Shown: positions 20,155 to 30,153 of the stretch, one piece after another
How positions within the stretch are numbered: the stretch's first letter is position 1
Layout of the letters: each line of letters begins with the position of its first letter
Source of the DNA: an uncultured Clostridia bacterium
GTDB taxonomy: Bacteria > Bacillota > Clostridia > Oscillospirales > CAG-272
Assembly: GCA_947624995.1 (NCBI GenBank)
Contig: CANQMS010000006.1
Coordinates: forward strand, 11,393 to 75,392
DNA length: 64,000 bases
Direction of reading: 5' to 3'
Notes under the pieces: model-generated
What the model was told of the DNA's origin: nothing
Database searches by the model: none
The model's input: only the letters and a program-made list of their open reading frames with translations
Translations under genes and position numbers: made by a program

Positions 20155-20183
20155 ATTATATAACACCTCGTCGCGGTTTTCAA
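20155..20183 (-). promoter_or_regulatory. sigma-A promoter for thiI
   Basis: TTGAAA-17 nt-TATAAT on the minus strand. Confidence 0.6.
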
Positions 20184-20233
20184 GTACCGACCGGCGGGCG
20201 GGAGAAAAAACAATACATAGGAGTGTTGACACG

Positions 20234-20539
20234 ATGGAGAAGTACGACATTGAGATAGCGGGCATCGCTATGACGGTAAAAACGGACGAAAACGAGGATT
20301 TCGTAAATTACGTCGTCGGAGAGCTTGACAACAAGATAAATACCATGGTGGCGCACAATCCGCGCTGCACGAAGACAGAGGCGGCGATCCTCTGCGCGCT
20401 CGAGTACAACTGCGAGCGCGCGAGGCTCGACAAGCGGCTCAAGAATCTTGAGGCGCAGGTGGCGCTCTACTCCGCGAACGTGAACAGGCTCAAGGAAGAG
20501 AACACCGAGCTGAAGCGCAAGCTCGGTCTTGCCGAGTGA
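20234..20539 (+). CDS. zapA: cell division protein ZapA
   Basis: IEIAG..TV..DE..FV..V..ELD.KI...AAILCAL pattern plus C-terminal coiled coil. Confidence 0.8.
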   Translation: MEKYDIEIAGIAMTVKTDENEDFVNYVVGELDNKINTMVAHNPRCTKTEAAILCALEYNCERARLDKRLKNLEAQVALYSANVNRLKEENTELKRKLGLAE

Positions 20540-22560
20540 GAAAGCTCCCGGAGCTGCTCGCCCCCGCCGGCTCGCCGGAGGCGCTGTCGGCGGCTGTCGC
20601 CGCGGGAGCGGACGCGGTGTATTTCGGCGCGTCCGCGTATAACGCGAGGATGGGGGCGAGAAATTTCCGAGACGACGAGCTTTCGGAGTCGATAAAAAAG
20701 CTGCACGCACACGGTGTTGATGCGCACGCGGCACTCAACATCCAGCTATACGACCGCGAGCTTGACGGCGCGCTCTTTTGCGCGGAGCGGCTGTACTTGT
20801 CCGGCGTCGACGCGCTGATAGTCGCGGACCTCGGTCTTGCGCGCCTTATCCACGGCGAATTCCCGGAGCTGCCGCTGCACGCGTCAACGCAGTGCTCCGG
20901 CGCGAGCGCGCGCGACGCCGAATATTTTTCGTCCCTCGGGTTTTCGCGCATGGTGTGCGCGAGAGAGCTGTCGGCTGAGAACATAAAGCGGCTCGCAGAG
21001 ACCTCGCCGATAGAGATCGAGATGTTCATCCACGGGGCGAATTGCGTCTCGGTGTCGGGGCAGTGCCTTTACAGCTCCGTCGTCGGCGGCAGATCGGGGA
21101 ACAGGGGCGAATGCGCGCAGCCGTGCAGGCTGCCGTATAACGGCGGATATCCGCTCTCGCCGAAGGATCTGTGCCTCGCGGGGCACATAAAAGAAATAAT
21201 CGGGACGGGTGTCCGCTCGCTGAAGATAGAGGGCAGGATGAAGAGCCCCGACTACGTTTACCGCGTGACCTCCCTTTACCGCCGCCTGCTCGACGAAGGA
21301 CGGGACGCGGACGCGGACGAGATCGAGGGTGCCGCGTCTGCTTTTTCGCGCTCGGGATTTACGGACGCGTATTATACGGGAGATGTGAAAAAAGACCCGA
21401 ACGCGATGCTCGGCATCCGCACGGACGAGGACAAGGACGTAACGCGCGCGACGCGCGCGGACATACCGGAGCCCGAAAAGGTCATGATCCGGCGCATACG
21501 GTGCCGCATAACGGTCGGGGAGCCGGCAGAGCTCTCGCTGACGGTCGGGGAGCGCACGGTCACGGTGGCGGGAGATGTGCCGGAGGCGGCTGAAAGAAGA
21601 CCGCTGACGGCGGAGGAAGTGCGGGACCGGATATCGAAGCTCGGCGGGACCGAATACGCTGTCGGGGACGAAACGGTTTTCGACATCACGGTCGGGGACG
21701 GCGCCATGATGACGGCGTCCGCGATAAACGGGCTGAGGCGTCGCGCGATATCGGCGCTGACCGATACGGACAGGTCGCCGCATCTCTCGGGAAAGCCTGC
21801 CGCGCCGTGGAAGAAACCCACGGAAAAGCGCGGCGGGGAGCCGCTTTTGACGGCGGAATTTCGGTCACCCGAAAATATAAGCTTGCAAGCGCGCGAATTT
21901 TTTGATATGATATATGTCCCCCTCGAGAGGCACGGCGGGGCGGCGGACGGCTTTGTGATGCCCGCCGTCGTCTACGACGACGGGGAGGAGGACGTCCGGC
22001 GCGCGGTGAGCGATGCCGTCGCCGCCGGGGCGCGCTCGGCGATCCTCGCGAACGCGGGGCAGCGCCGCCTCATAGACGCGCCGCTGCAAACCGTGGCGGG
22101 GCACAGATATAACGTCTGCAACACTTGCTCGGCGCTGCTCGCGCACGAGGCGGGCGCGGAGCTCGTGACGCTGTCGCCCGAGACGACGGCGAGACAGGCG
22201 GAGGACATTTCGCGGTATGTGCCGACCTCGGCGATCGTATACGGACGGCTGCCGCTGATGGTGACGGAACGCTGCATAATCCGCGCCGTTTCGGGCGATA
22301 AATGTATATGCGGGCGGGGTCCAGCCACACTCCGGGACAGGCGCGGCGTCGAATTCCCGATATACGGCGAGGGGTGCCGCAACGTCATATACAACAGCGT
22401 CCCGGTCTATATGGCGGACAAAAAGGATGTGCTTTACGGCATGGGGTGCTCGGCGTGGCACTTTATATTCACGACCGAGAGCCGGGACGAGACGGACAGC
22501 GTCATTGAAAGCTACAGGCTCGGGGCGCCGAGCAAAACACCGGTGCGCCGAATAAGATAG
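20536..22560 (+). CDS. U32-family protein, long form with DUF3656-like region (RlhA-like RNA hydroxylase)
   Basis: ELLAPAG, HASTQ, HGANCVSVSGQC, NRGECAQPCR and KIEGRMK motifs. Confidence 0.85.
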   Translation: MRKLPELLAPAGSPEALSAAVAAGADAVYFGASAYNARMGARNFRDDELSESIKKLHAHGVDAHAALNIQLYDRELDGALFCAERLYLSGVDALIVADLGLARLIHGEFPELPLHASTQCSGASARDAEYFSSLGFSRMVCARELSAENIKRLAETSPIEIEMFIHGANCVSVSGQCLYSSVVGGRSGNRGECAQPCRLPYNGGYPLSPKDLCLAGHIKEIIGTGVRSLKIEGRMKSPDYVYRVTSLYRRLLDEGRDADADEIEGAASAFSRSGFTDAYYTGDVKKDPNAMLGIRTDEDKDVTRATRADIPEPEKVMIRRIRCRITVGEPAELSLTVGERTVTVAGDVPEAAERRPLTAEEVRDRISKLGGTEYAVGDETVFDITVGDGAMMTASAINGLRRRAISALTDTDRSPHLSGKPAAPWKKPTEKRGGEPLLTAEFRSPENISLQAREFFDMIYVPLERHGGAADGFVMPAVVYDDGEEDVRRAVSDAVAAGARSAILANAGQRRLIDAPLQTVAGHRYNVCNTCSALLAHEAGAELVTLSPETTARQAEDISRYVPTSAIVYGRLPLMVTERCIIRAVSGDKCICGRGPATLRDRRGVEFPIYGEGCRNVIYNSVPVYMADKKDVLYGMGCSAWHFIFTTESRDETDSVIESYRLGAPSKTPVRRIR

Positions 22561-22587
22561 AAAAGCAGCAGAAAAGGAAAAAAGACC

Positions 22588-23034
22588 ATGGAAAACAAAA
22601 AACTGATGTTCAAAAAACTGAGAGCGGACGCCGAGGTGCCCGCATATGCGACGGCGGGCGCCGCCGCGCTCGATCTGCGCTACTGCGGAGATGCGTGCAT
22701 AACGATGGCGGTAAGCGAGATAAAGTCGATACCGACGGGGCTCGCGATCGAGGTACCGGACGGATGCGCCGCCGTCGTCTGCGCGAGGAGCGGGCTTGCG
22801 TCGAAGCGCGGGATCGCACTTGCAAACGGGATCGGGCTCATCGACCCGGATTACAGGGGAGAGCTTTGCGTCGTTCTGAAGAATCACGGCTCGTCCGTTT
22901 TCACCGTTCATCCGGGCGACAGAATAGCGCAGCTCATGATAATCCCGATATACCGCGCCGAGCTCTGCGAGGTCGAGGCTCTCGACGAAACGGAGCGCGG
23001 AGAGGGCGGATTCGGCTCAACGGGAATAAAATAA
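22588..23034 (+). CDS. dut: dUTP diphosphatase
   Basis: ARSGLA, GLIDPDYRGE, GDRIAQ and RGEGGFGSTG motifs. Confidence 0.95.
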   Translation: MENKKLMFKKLRADAEVPAYATAGAAALDLRYCGDACITMAVSEIKSIPTGLAIEVPDGCAAVVCARSGLASKRGIALANGIGLIDPDYRGELCVVLKNHGSSVFTVHPGDRIAQLMIIPIYRAELCEVEALDETERGEGGFGSTGIK

Positions 23035-23625
23035 GTGAAGGATATAGTACTTGCCTCCGCGTCGCCGAGACGGCGCGACCTTTTGTCCTCTCTCGGGCTC
23101 AGCTTCACCGTTTATGTGACCGATGCCGACGAGACCGTCGCGGGCTCGCCGACCCCGGACGAGCTCGTAAAGATACTGGCGGGGCGAAAGGCGGAGGCTG
23201 CCGCCGCCGTCTTTCCGGACAGCGTCGTCATAGCCGCGGACACCGTCGTGAGCATTGACGGGGAGATACTCGGCAAGCCGGAAAACGACGCTGACGCCGC
23301 ACGCATGCTGCGGCTGCTCTCGGGCAGGCGCCACACGGTCTATACGGGCGTCACCGTCGCCTCCGGCGGCGAGCGGTTTTCCGACGTGACGGCGACCGAC
23401 GTATATATGCGAAAGCTCGGAGAGGACGAGATCTCGGCATACATAAAAACGGGCGAGCCGCGCGACAAGGCGGGCGCTTACGGTATACAGGGGCTCGGCG
23501 GCGTCTTTGTGACGCGCGTCGACGGCGAATATTTCAGCGTTACGGGAATGCCCAAGGAGGCGACGGCGAGACTTCTGCGCCTCGCCGGGATCGACGTTAT
23601 AGCGGCACGTGCGGGAAAAGAATAA
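23035..23625 (+). CDS. maf: Maf nucleotide pyrophosphatase
   Basis: LASASPRR, AADTVV, GKP and DKAGAYGIQG motifs. Confidence 0.93.
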   Translation: MKDIVLASASPRRRDLLSSLGLSFTVYVTDADETVAGSPTPDELVKILAGRKAEAAAAVFPDSVVIAADTVVSIDGEILGKPENDADAARMLRLLSGRRHTVYTGVTVASGGERFSDVTATDVYMRKLGEDEISAYIKTGEPRDKAGAYGIQGLGGVFVTRVDGEYFSVTGMPKEATARLLRLAGIDVIAARAGKE

Positions 23626-23661
23626 ACTGAAAGGCTGCGGCATCTGCCGCCACTTTTTGAA

Positions 23662-24669
23662 ATGTCAAGAAGCATAGGAATAGATCTCGGAACGGCGAAC
23701 ACGCTCGTGTGCGTCAAGGGAAAGGGAATAGTGCTGCGCGAGCCGTCCGTCGTGGCGGTCGAGGCGAGGACCGGAAAGGTCGTCGCCGTCGGCTCGGAGG
23801 CAAAGCTGATGCTCGGGAGGACTCCCGGTTCGATCACGGCTATGAGACCGCTCAAGGACGGCGTCATAGCCGAATTCGACGTTGCCGCCGCGATGCTGCA
23901 CCAGTTCTTCAAAAAAGTCTCGGGCAACACGATGCTGACGCGCCCGCGCGTCGTAATATGCATACCGTACGGCGTCACCGAGGTCGAAAAGCGCGCCGTC
24001 GAGGATGCGACGTTCGAGGCGGGCGCCCAGAGCGTCGCGCTGATCGAGGAGCCGATAGCGGCGGCGATCGGGACGGGGCTCAATATCGGCGGCTCCCGCG
24101 GGAACATGGTCATCGACATCGGCGGCGGCACGACGGAGGTCGCGGTCATAAGCCTCGGCGGAATCGTGCTCTCGAATTCGCTGCGCGTCGCCGGAGACGA
24201 GCTCGACGAGGCGATCGTAAGCTATCTGCGGCGGAAATATAACGTGCTCATAGGCGACACGACGGCGGAAATGCTCAAAAAGGCGATAGGCTCGATACAT
24301 CCGGCAGCCGACCGCGGCGAGATGGAGGTGCGCGGGCGCAACCTGCTCTCCGGACTCCCGGCGACGGTGCGCATCAATTCCGCGAACATACGCGAGGCGA
24401 TCAAGGAGCCCGTCTCCCACATCGTCGACGCGCTCCGCACGACGCTCGAATCGACGCCGCCCGAGCTGTCCGGCGATATATACGACAACGGCATAATGCT
24501 CGCGGGCGGCGGCGCGCTGCTCGGCGGGCTCGATATACTCCTCTCCGGCGTGACGGGGATCCGCGTCCGCCGACCGAAGCACCCACTCGACTCCGTCGCG
24601 ATCGGCATCGGGCGCGTGCTCGAATCCGAGGATAAATTCCCCGGCGCGATACAGTACCGCATGAGGTAA
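23662..24669 (+). CDS. mreB: rod shape-determining protein MreB
   Basis: IGIDLGTANT, EPSVVA, DIGGGTTEVA and LAGGGALL motifs. Confidence 0.95.
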   Translation: MSRSIGIDLGTANTLVCVKGKGIVLREPSVVAVEARTGKVVAVGSEAKLMLGRTPGSITAMRPLKDGVIAEFDVAAAMLHQFFKKVSGNTMLTRPRVVICIPYGVTEVEKRAVEDATFEAGAQSVALIEEPIAAAIGTGLNIGGSRGNMVIDIGGGTTEVAVISLGGIVLSNSLRVAGDELDEAIVSYLRRKYNVLIGDTTAEMLKKAIGSIHPAADRGEMEVRGRNLLSGLPATVRINSANIREAIKEPVSHIVDALRTTLESTPPELSGDIYDNGIMLAGGGALLGGLDILLSGVTGIRVRRPKHPLDSVAIGIGRVLESEDKFPGAIQYRMR

Positions 24670-24740
24670 CGGAAGCGGGAGAGTACAAAAAGCCCGGGGA
24701 CAGTGCCCGGACGCAAAAAGGAACGTGAAAGGAGGTCAGG

Positions 24741-25580
24741 ATGAAAAAGCTGCTTGCAAACAAATTCTTCGTCGTCATGCTCTGCATCGCGCTGATGCTC
24801 GTCATCGTGCCGTCCGTGCTGGCGATAATGGGGCTTTCGGACTATATGCGCGGCATCGTCGTGACCGTTCTTTCCCCGCTCGAAAGGGCGATGACGGCGG
24901 CGACGGACGCGATCGACGGATTCACCGATTATTTTACCGAGTTCGACAGGCTGAAGGCGGAAAACGAGGAGCTGAAGCAAAAGCTCGCGGAGCTCGAGGA
25001 CAAAAACTACGAGATCGAGGAGATCGAGCGCATGAACGAGTGGCTGTACAGCTATTTCGACCTTGCGCGCGAGCACCCCGAATACGACTTCGCCGTCGCA
25101 AACATCGTCGGGCGAGAGGTCGGCAACTATATGACGGTGTTCACGCTCGATGTCGGAACGGACAGCGGCGTCACAAAGGACATGCCCGTCGTCACGGCGG
25201 ACGGCATCGTCGGTTACGTAAACGAGGCGGGCACAAACTGGTGCAAGGTCCTGACCGTGATCGAATCGGCGTCCGCGGTCGGCGCGTACATACAGCGGAC
25301 GGGCGAGGTCGGGCTGCTCGAGGGCGACTACGATATGCGCCTTGACGGGCTATGCCGCCTAACGTATCTTGCGACGGACTCAAACGTTGAGGTCGGGGAC
25401 CGTGTGCTCTCATCCGGGCTCGGGAGCATATATCCGCGCGACCTTGTGATCGGCATCGTCGAGCGCGTCGAGACGGACGAATACAGCCGGACGGTGACGG
25501 CGTACGTGCGCCCGGCAGCGGACCTCGAGGAGCTCTCCCGCGTCATGGTGATAAAATCGTATGAGACGGTCAGAGACTAA
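24741..25580 (+). CDS. mreC: rod shape-determining protein MreC
   Basis: TM segment, coiled coil, SSGLGSIYP; operon position. Confidence 0.93.
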   Translation: MKKLLANKFFVVMLCIALMLVIVPSVLAIMGLSDYMRGIVVTVLSPLERAMTAATDAIDGFTDYFTEFDRLKAENEELKQKLAELEDKNYEIEEIERMNEWLYSYFDLAREHPEYDFAVANIVGREVGNYMTVFTLDVGTDSGVTKDMPVVTADGIVGYVNEAGTNWCKVLTVIESASAVGAYIQRTGEVGLLEGDYDMRLDGLCRLTYLATDSNVEVGDRVLSSGLGSIYPRDLVIGIVERVETDEYSRTVTAYVRPAADLEELSRVMVIKSYETVRD

Positions 25581-25650
25581 AGAAAAGGCGGTGCGCACGC
25601 TTCCCCGTCTGCGCATCTCTTTCGGCAAGGCGGACGTTATAGGGGAAAAA

Positions 25651-26184
25651 ATGAGATCGGGAGTGACCGCGGCGACGGTGTGCAAATACGTCATCTACGC
25701 CGTCATGTCACTCTTTCTTATACTTATGCGCGTGACATTTTTCGCGCGCTTTTGCCCGTTCGGGGCGTCGCCGGACATCCTGATCGTCGCGGTCGCGGCG
25801 ATAGGGATGTTTGAGGGGTGCCGCGCGGGCGCGATATACGGCGTTGCCGTCGGCTTCATTGCGGACGCGCTCGGCGGCGTCGGCGTCATAATACTTCCGC
25901 TCCCGTACATGCTTGTCGGCTACATATGCGGCGTGGTTGCGACGGAGTATTACAGGCGCTCGGTGCTTCTGTTTCTGATATTCGATGCCGCGGCGGCGGT
26001 CGTGAGGCTTTTAACGTCGCTGTTTTATATGCTCCTCGTGTGGCACTCCTTCGACCTGTCGGTCGTATTCATGCGCGTGCTGCTTCCGGAGCTGTGTTCC
26101 ACGCTTGCGGTCTCGCCGTTCCCGACGCTCTGCATCCTTCCGATATACATGATCTTCCGGAAGAAGAAAAAAGAGCTCGACTGA
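25651..26184 (+). CDS. mreD: rod shape-determining protein MreD
   Basis: Polytopic membrane protein with PDILIV, between mreC and the PBP gene; start codon uncertain. Confidence 0.82.
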   Translation: MRSGVTAATVCKYVIYAVMSLFLILMRVTFFARFCPFGASPDILIVAVAAIGMFEGCRAGAIYGVAVGFIADALGGVGVIILPLPYMLVGYICGVVATEYYRRSVLLFLIFDAAAAVVRLLTSLFYMLLVWHSFDLSVVFMRVLLPELCSTLAVSPFPTLCILPIYMIFRKKKKELD

Positions 26185-26222
26185 AAAGACGGGTCGGAGC
26201 ATTTTATGAAAGGGGGACGAAT

Positions 26223-28412
26223 ATGGAAAAACGGCACATGAGCAGGCTGATCTCGCTCATAGTTCTTTTTGTGTTTATTTGTCTGCTTTATACTGCGCGG
26301 CTCATAAACGTACAGATCGCCGGGCAGGACTTTTATACTTTCGTCTCCGATGACACGTATACGCGCAAGGTCACAATACAGGCGCAGCGCGGCGAGGTCT
26401 ACGACTGCAACGGCAAGCCGCTCATCAAAAACGACTATTCGTACAGCATCGTGCTCGACCGCGGCACGCTGCCGACGAGGAACGCAGAGCAGAACGAAAC
26501 GCTGCTCATGCTGTATGACAAGATACTGCGCTCGGACGCGGAATACACGCTGTCGAAGATCAGTTTCCCGGCGACGGGAAAATACCCCGACTACGTGATA
26601 GATGAGGATTTCTTCAATACGACGGAGAGCCGCGCGCGGTTCAGCAGGCTGATCTCCTCGCTCGGCATCGGCGACATCGGGACAATAGTCGGCGGCGACG
26701 AGCTGCCGTACGCGCTGTCGTACTTTGAGAGCACGCTCTCTGAATACGGGCTCGGGCGCGATCTCTACGCGTTCACGCTCGTGGAGGAGCGCGCCGTCAC
26801 GCTCGGGGACATAATAGACAAGCTCGCCGTCCGGTACGGCATCGTCGACGGAGACGGGGAGCTCCTGTATGACCGCGACACCGCGGACTTTCTGCTCCGC
26901 CTGCGGTACGACATGGAGTCCCGCGATTTTTCGTATGTGAATCCGTACACGGTCGCGACGGACGCCGACATCTCGCTGCTGTCGTATCTCGGAGAGGGTG
27001 CTCAGCGCGGGTACACGGTGCGCGTCGAGGCGAAGCGCGTTTACTGCGAGCCGGGCGTCGCCTCTCACATCCTCGGGATGACGGGGAAGATCGGCGCGGG
27101 CGACGTCGAATACTACACCTCGAAGGGGTACCGCCTCGACGCGACGGTCGGCGTCTCCGGCGTCGAGCTCGCGTTCGAGGAGGAGCTGCACGGCATGGAC
27201 GGCGAGATGACGATCACCGAGGACGAGTACGGAAACATCATCGGGCGCGAGGTGACAAAGGAGCCGAAGGCGGGAAACGACATATATCTGACGCTCGACA
27301 TCGACCTCCAGCGCGCTGCCGAAAAGGCGCTCGAGGACAACGTCGACTACATACACGAGCAGTCAAAGATCGAGGAAGCCGAGCACGACGGCGAGGACGC
27401 GTGCGCCGGCGCGATCGCGGCGGTCGACGTCGAAACGGGGAAGGTGCGCGCGCTCGCGACATATCCGACATATGACTTAACGACGTACCGCGAGGACCTC
27501 CCCGAGCTCAATCAGGACGTGAACACCCCGCTTTTGAACCGGGCGCTCAACGGCAAATATCCTCCCGGCTCGACGTTCAAGCCCGCGGTCGCTGCGGCGG
27601 CGATGACGGAGGGGATAATCGACGAGAACACCATAATCGAGACGAAGGGAATATATACATATTACGCCGGATTCACGCCTCGCTGCTGGCTCTACGTGCA
27701 GGACGGCTTGTCGCACGGAAGGATAAACGTGTCAACGGCGATCGAGGTCTCATGCAACTACTTTTTCTACGAGCTCGGGCGCAGACTTACGATAGAGACG
27801 ATGAACAGGTACTGCCGCGCCTTCGGGCTCGGGGAAAAGACCGGGATCGAGCTGCCCGAATCCGAGGGCGTGCTCGCCGGTCCCGATTACAGGACTCAGC
27901 ACGGACTTGGCGGCTGGAACCCCGGGGACACGCTCGTGGCGGCGATAGGTCAGTCGGACAATCTGTTCACACCGCTTCAGCTCAGCGTCTATATGTCCGC
28001 GATAATAAACGACGGCGAGCGGTACCGCGCACACATACTTGATTCCGTCCGCGAATACGGGACGGGGAAAATCGTCCGGGAGGTCGAGCGGGAGACGCTG
28101 AGCTCGGTCGAGCTTGACGATCATGACGTCACCGTCATACTGAACGCGATGCAGCGAGTGATAGAGACGGGGACGCAGGCGACGCTGTTTGATAAGCTGC
28201 CGATAAAGGTCGGCGGCAAGACGGGAACGGCGCAGGTCGGCTCCGGCAGCTCGAATGCGGTCTTTGTCGGGTTCGCTCCGTTTGACGACCCTGAGATCGT
28301 TGTTACGAGCGTCATCGAGCACGGCTCCGCGGGAGCATGGGCTGCGATGTCGGTCCGCGACGTTTTTCTCGAATACTTCGATATCGACCTTGACGAGGGG
28401 GCGGAGGAATAG
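26223..28412 (+). CDS. mrdA: class B penicillin-binding protein (PBP2-type)
   Basis: AQRGEVYD, PGSTFK (SxxK), SCN (SxN) and KTGTAQ motifs; follows mreBCD. Confidence 0.9.
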   Translation: MEKRHMSRLISLIVLFVFICLLYTARLINVQIAGQDFYTFVSDDTYTRKVTIQAQRGEVYDCNGKPLIKNDYSYSIVLDRGTLPTRNAEQNETLLMLYDKILRSDAEYTLSKISFPATGKYPDYVIDEDFFNTTESRARFSRLISSLGIGDIGTIVGGDELPYALSYFESTLSEYGLGRDLYAFTLVEERAVTLGDIIDKLAVRYGIVDGDGELLYDRDTADFLLRLRYDMESRDFSYVNPYTVATDADISLLSYLGEGAQRGYTVRVEAKRVYCEPGVASHILGMTGKIGAGDVEYYTSKGYRLDATVGVSGVELAFEEELHGMDGEMTITEDEYGNIIGREVTKEPKAGNDIYLTLDIDLQRAAEKALEDNVDYIHEQSKIEEAEHDGEDACAGAIAAVDVETGKVRALATYPTYDLTTYREDLPELNQDVNTPLLNRALNGKYPPGSTFKPAVAAAAMTEGIIDENTIIETKGIYTYYAGFTPRCWLYVQDGLSHGRINVSTAIEVSCNYFFYELGRRLTIETMNRYCRAFGLGEKTGIELPESEGVLAGPDYRTQHGLGGWNPGDTLVAAIGQSDNLFTPLQLSVYMSAIINDGERYRAHILDSVREYGTGKIVREVERETLSSVELDDHDVTVILNAMQRVIETGTQATLFDKLPIKVGGKTGTAQVGSGSSNAVFVGFAPFDDPEIVVTSVIEHGSAGAWAAMSVRDVFLEYFDIDLDEGAEE

Positions 28413-28415
28413 GAT

Positions 28416-29093
28416 ATGACCGATACCGAAAAAAGAGAACTTTTCGCCGAGGCGGTCGGAATATTGAAGGAAGAATACCCGGACGCCGTCTGCTCTTTGC
28501 GGTACGAAGGGGACCCGTGGCGGCTGCTCGTGATGGCGCGCCTCTCGGCGCAGTGTACGGACGCGAGGGTCAACATCGTTTCGGAGGAGCTGTTCGCCGA
28601 ATTCCCGGATGCCGCGTCCATGGCGGGCGCGGATATCGGGGAGCTCGAGCGCATCGTCCGCCCGTGCGGGCTCTATCGCGTCAAGGCGAAGGATATAAAA
28701 GAGATGTCAGGTATGGTTGCCGTCCGCTTCGGCGGGAGGGTGCCGGACACGATGGAGGAGCTTTTGTCCCTGCCCGGTGTCGGCAGGAAGATAGCGAACC
28801 TGATCCTCGGCGACGTTTACGGCGTGCCCGGCGTTGTGACGGACACGCACTGCATCCGCATCTGCGGCAGGCTCGGCGCCTATGACGAGTCGATGAAGAC
28901 GCCGGAGAAGGCGGAAAAAATACTGCTTTCGCTCATAGAGCCGCCGGAGCAGACGGATTTCTGCCACCGCCTCGTTTTGTTCGGGCGCGACGTCTGTACG
29001 GCGCGGGCGCCGAAGTGCGGGGAGTGCAGGCTCTCCCGAATTTGCGCGCACGCGGTGAACGAGGGGAAAATGTCGCCGCCTGTCATCTCATAG
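28416..29093 (+). CDS. nth: endonuclease III
   Basis: LSAQCTD, HhH motif LPGVGRKIAN, DTH and a C-x6-C-x2-C-x5-C Fe-S motif. Confidence 0.93.
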   Translation: MTDTEKRELFAEAVGILKEEYPDAVCSLRYEGDPWRLLVMARLSAQCTDARVNIVSEELFAEFPDAASMAGADIGELERIVRPCGLYRVKAKDIKEMSGMVAVRFGGRVPDTMEELLSLPGVGRKIANLILGDVYGVPGVVTDTHCIRICGRLGAYDESMKTPEKAEKILLSLIEPPEQTDFCHRLVLFGRDVCTARAPKCGECRLSRICAHAVNEGKMSPPVIS

Positions 29094-29176
29094 CGACGGA
29101 AGATACTTGACAAAAGCGAGGTTTTATACTACTATAAATACGAGCCGCAGAGACGGCGGAAAAAGGAGAATCAAAA

Positions 29177-29461
29177 ATGGATAACGAAGAATACAGCATC
29201 GGCGATATCGTAACGCTGACGGATGACGACGGAAACGAGAGCGAATACGAGCTCATCGGCGAGACGGAATCCGAGGGGAGCACATATTATGCGCTTGCCC
29301 CGGCAGACAACGACGAAGAATACGTCATCCTCAAGCTCGAGCGGGACGAGGACGGCGAGGAGATCCTCTCCACCATCACGGACGACGACGAGTTCGACCG
29401 GGTTGCCTCTATCTTTGATGACGAGCTCTATGAGGATATTGACTACGACGGGGAAGAATGA
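29177..29461 (+). CDS. DUF1292 domain acidic protein
   Basis: IVTLTDDDGNESEYE...YYAL...I.DDDEFDRV pattern. Confidence 0.8.
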   Translation: MDNEEYSIGDIVTLTDDDGNESEYELIGETESEGSTYYALAPADNDEEYVILKLERDEDGEEILSTITDDDEFDRVASIFDDELYEDIDYDGEE

Positions 29462-29569
29462 TCTTTCATATTTTGTCAAAAAGTGTTGATTTTCACGCTG
29501 CCTTGTGATAAAATAAAGAAAAAGCGCGGAATCTTTCACCTCCGCGCAAACCGACAGGAGTGATCTATC

Positions 29570-29944
29570 ATGGGAAAGTTTGTTATCAGAAAGACCAATA
29601 CCGGCTTCAAATTCGATCTCAAGGCGCAGAACGGCGAAGTTATTGCGACGTCCGAGGTCTATGAGACGCTCACTTCCGCGCGCAACGGCGTTCAGTCCGT
29701 TATGAACAACGCGCCGGTTGCAAACGTCGAGGATCAGACGGTCGAGGACTACGAGAAGCAGAAGCACCCGAAGTTCGAGATGTACACCGACAAGGCGGGC
29801 GAGTACCGCTTCAGGCTGAAGGCGAAGAACGGTGAGGTCATCGCCGTATCCGAGGGCTACAAGGCTAAGGCGAGCTGCGAGAACGGCATCGCATCCGTGA
29901 AGAAGAACGCGGAGGACGCAAAGATCGAGGAAAATCTCGACTGA
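29570..29944 (+). CDS. YegP / DUF1508 tandem-domain protein
   Basis: Two copies of F(K/R)F.LKA.NGEVIA.SE.Y...NG(V/I).SV..NA. Confidence 0.88.
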   Translation: MGKFVIRKTNTGFKFDLKAQNGEVIATSEVYETLTSARNGVQSVMNNAPVANVEDQTVEDYEKQKHPKFEMYTDKAGEYRFRLKAKNGEVIAVSEGYKAKASCENGIASVKKNAEDAKIEENLD

Positions 29945-30153
29945 ACCGACAGACGGTAAAAAGAGAGCGGCGGGCGTTTTGTCCGCCGCCTTTTTTGCGC
30001 CGCCTGGCTTTTTGGCTTTAAAATCCACAATAGCGGAGCTGTGCCGGGCGGGAAATTCGTCGTGTTTGCCATTGTAAAAAGGGATTTTATGCGAGTATAA
30101 TATTATTCGGCAAAAGGTAAAATATTGCAGTACCGAAAAAAGGGGTGCTCCAA

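Noticed and set aside
20110-20155. Hairpin in the thiI/zapA intergenic region as a riboswitch
   Set aside because: No recognisable TPP, SAM, preQ1 or T-box consensus; a single modest stem only
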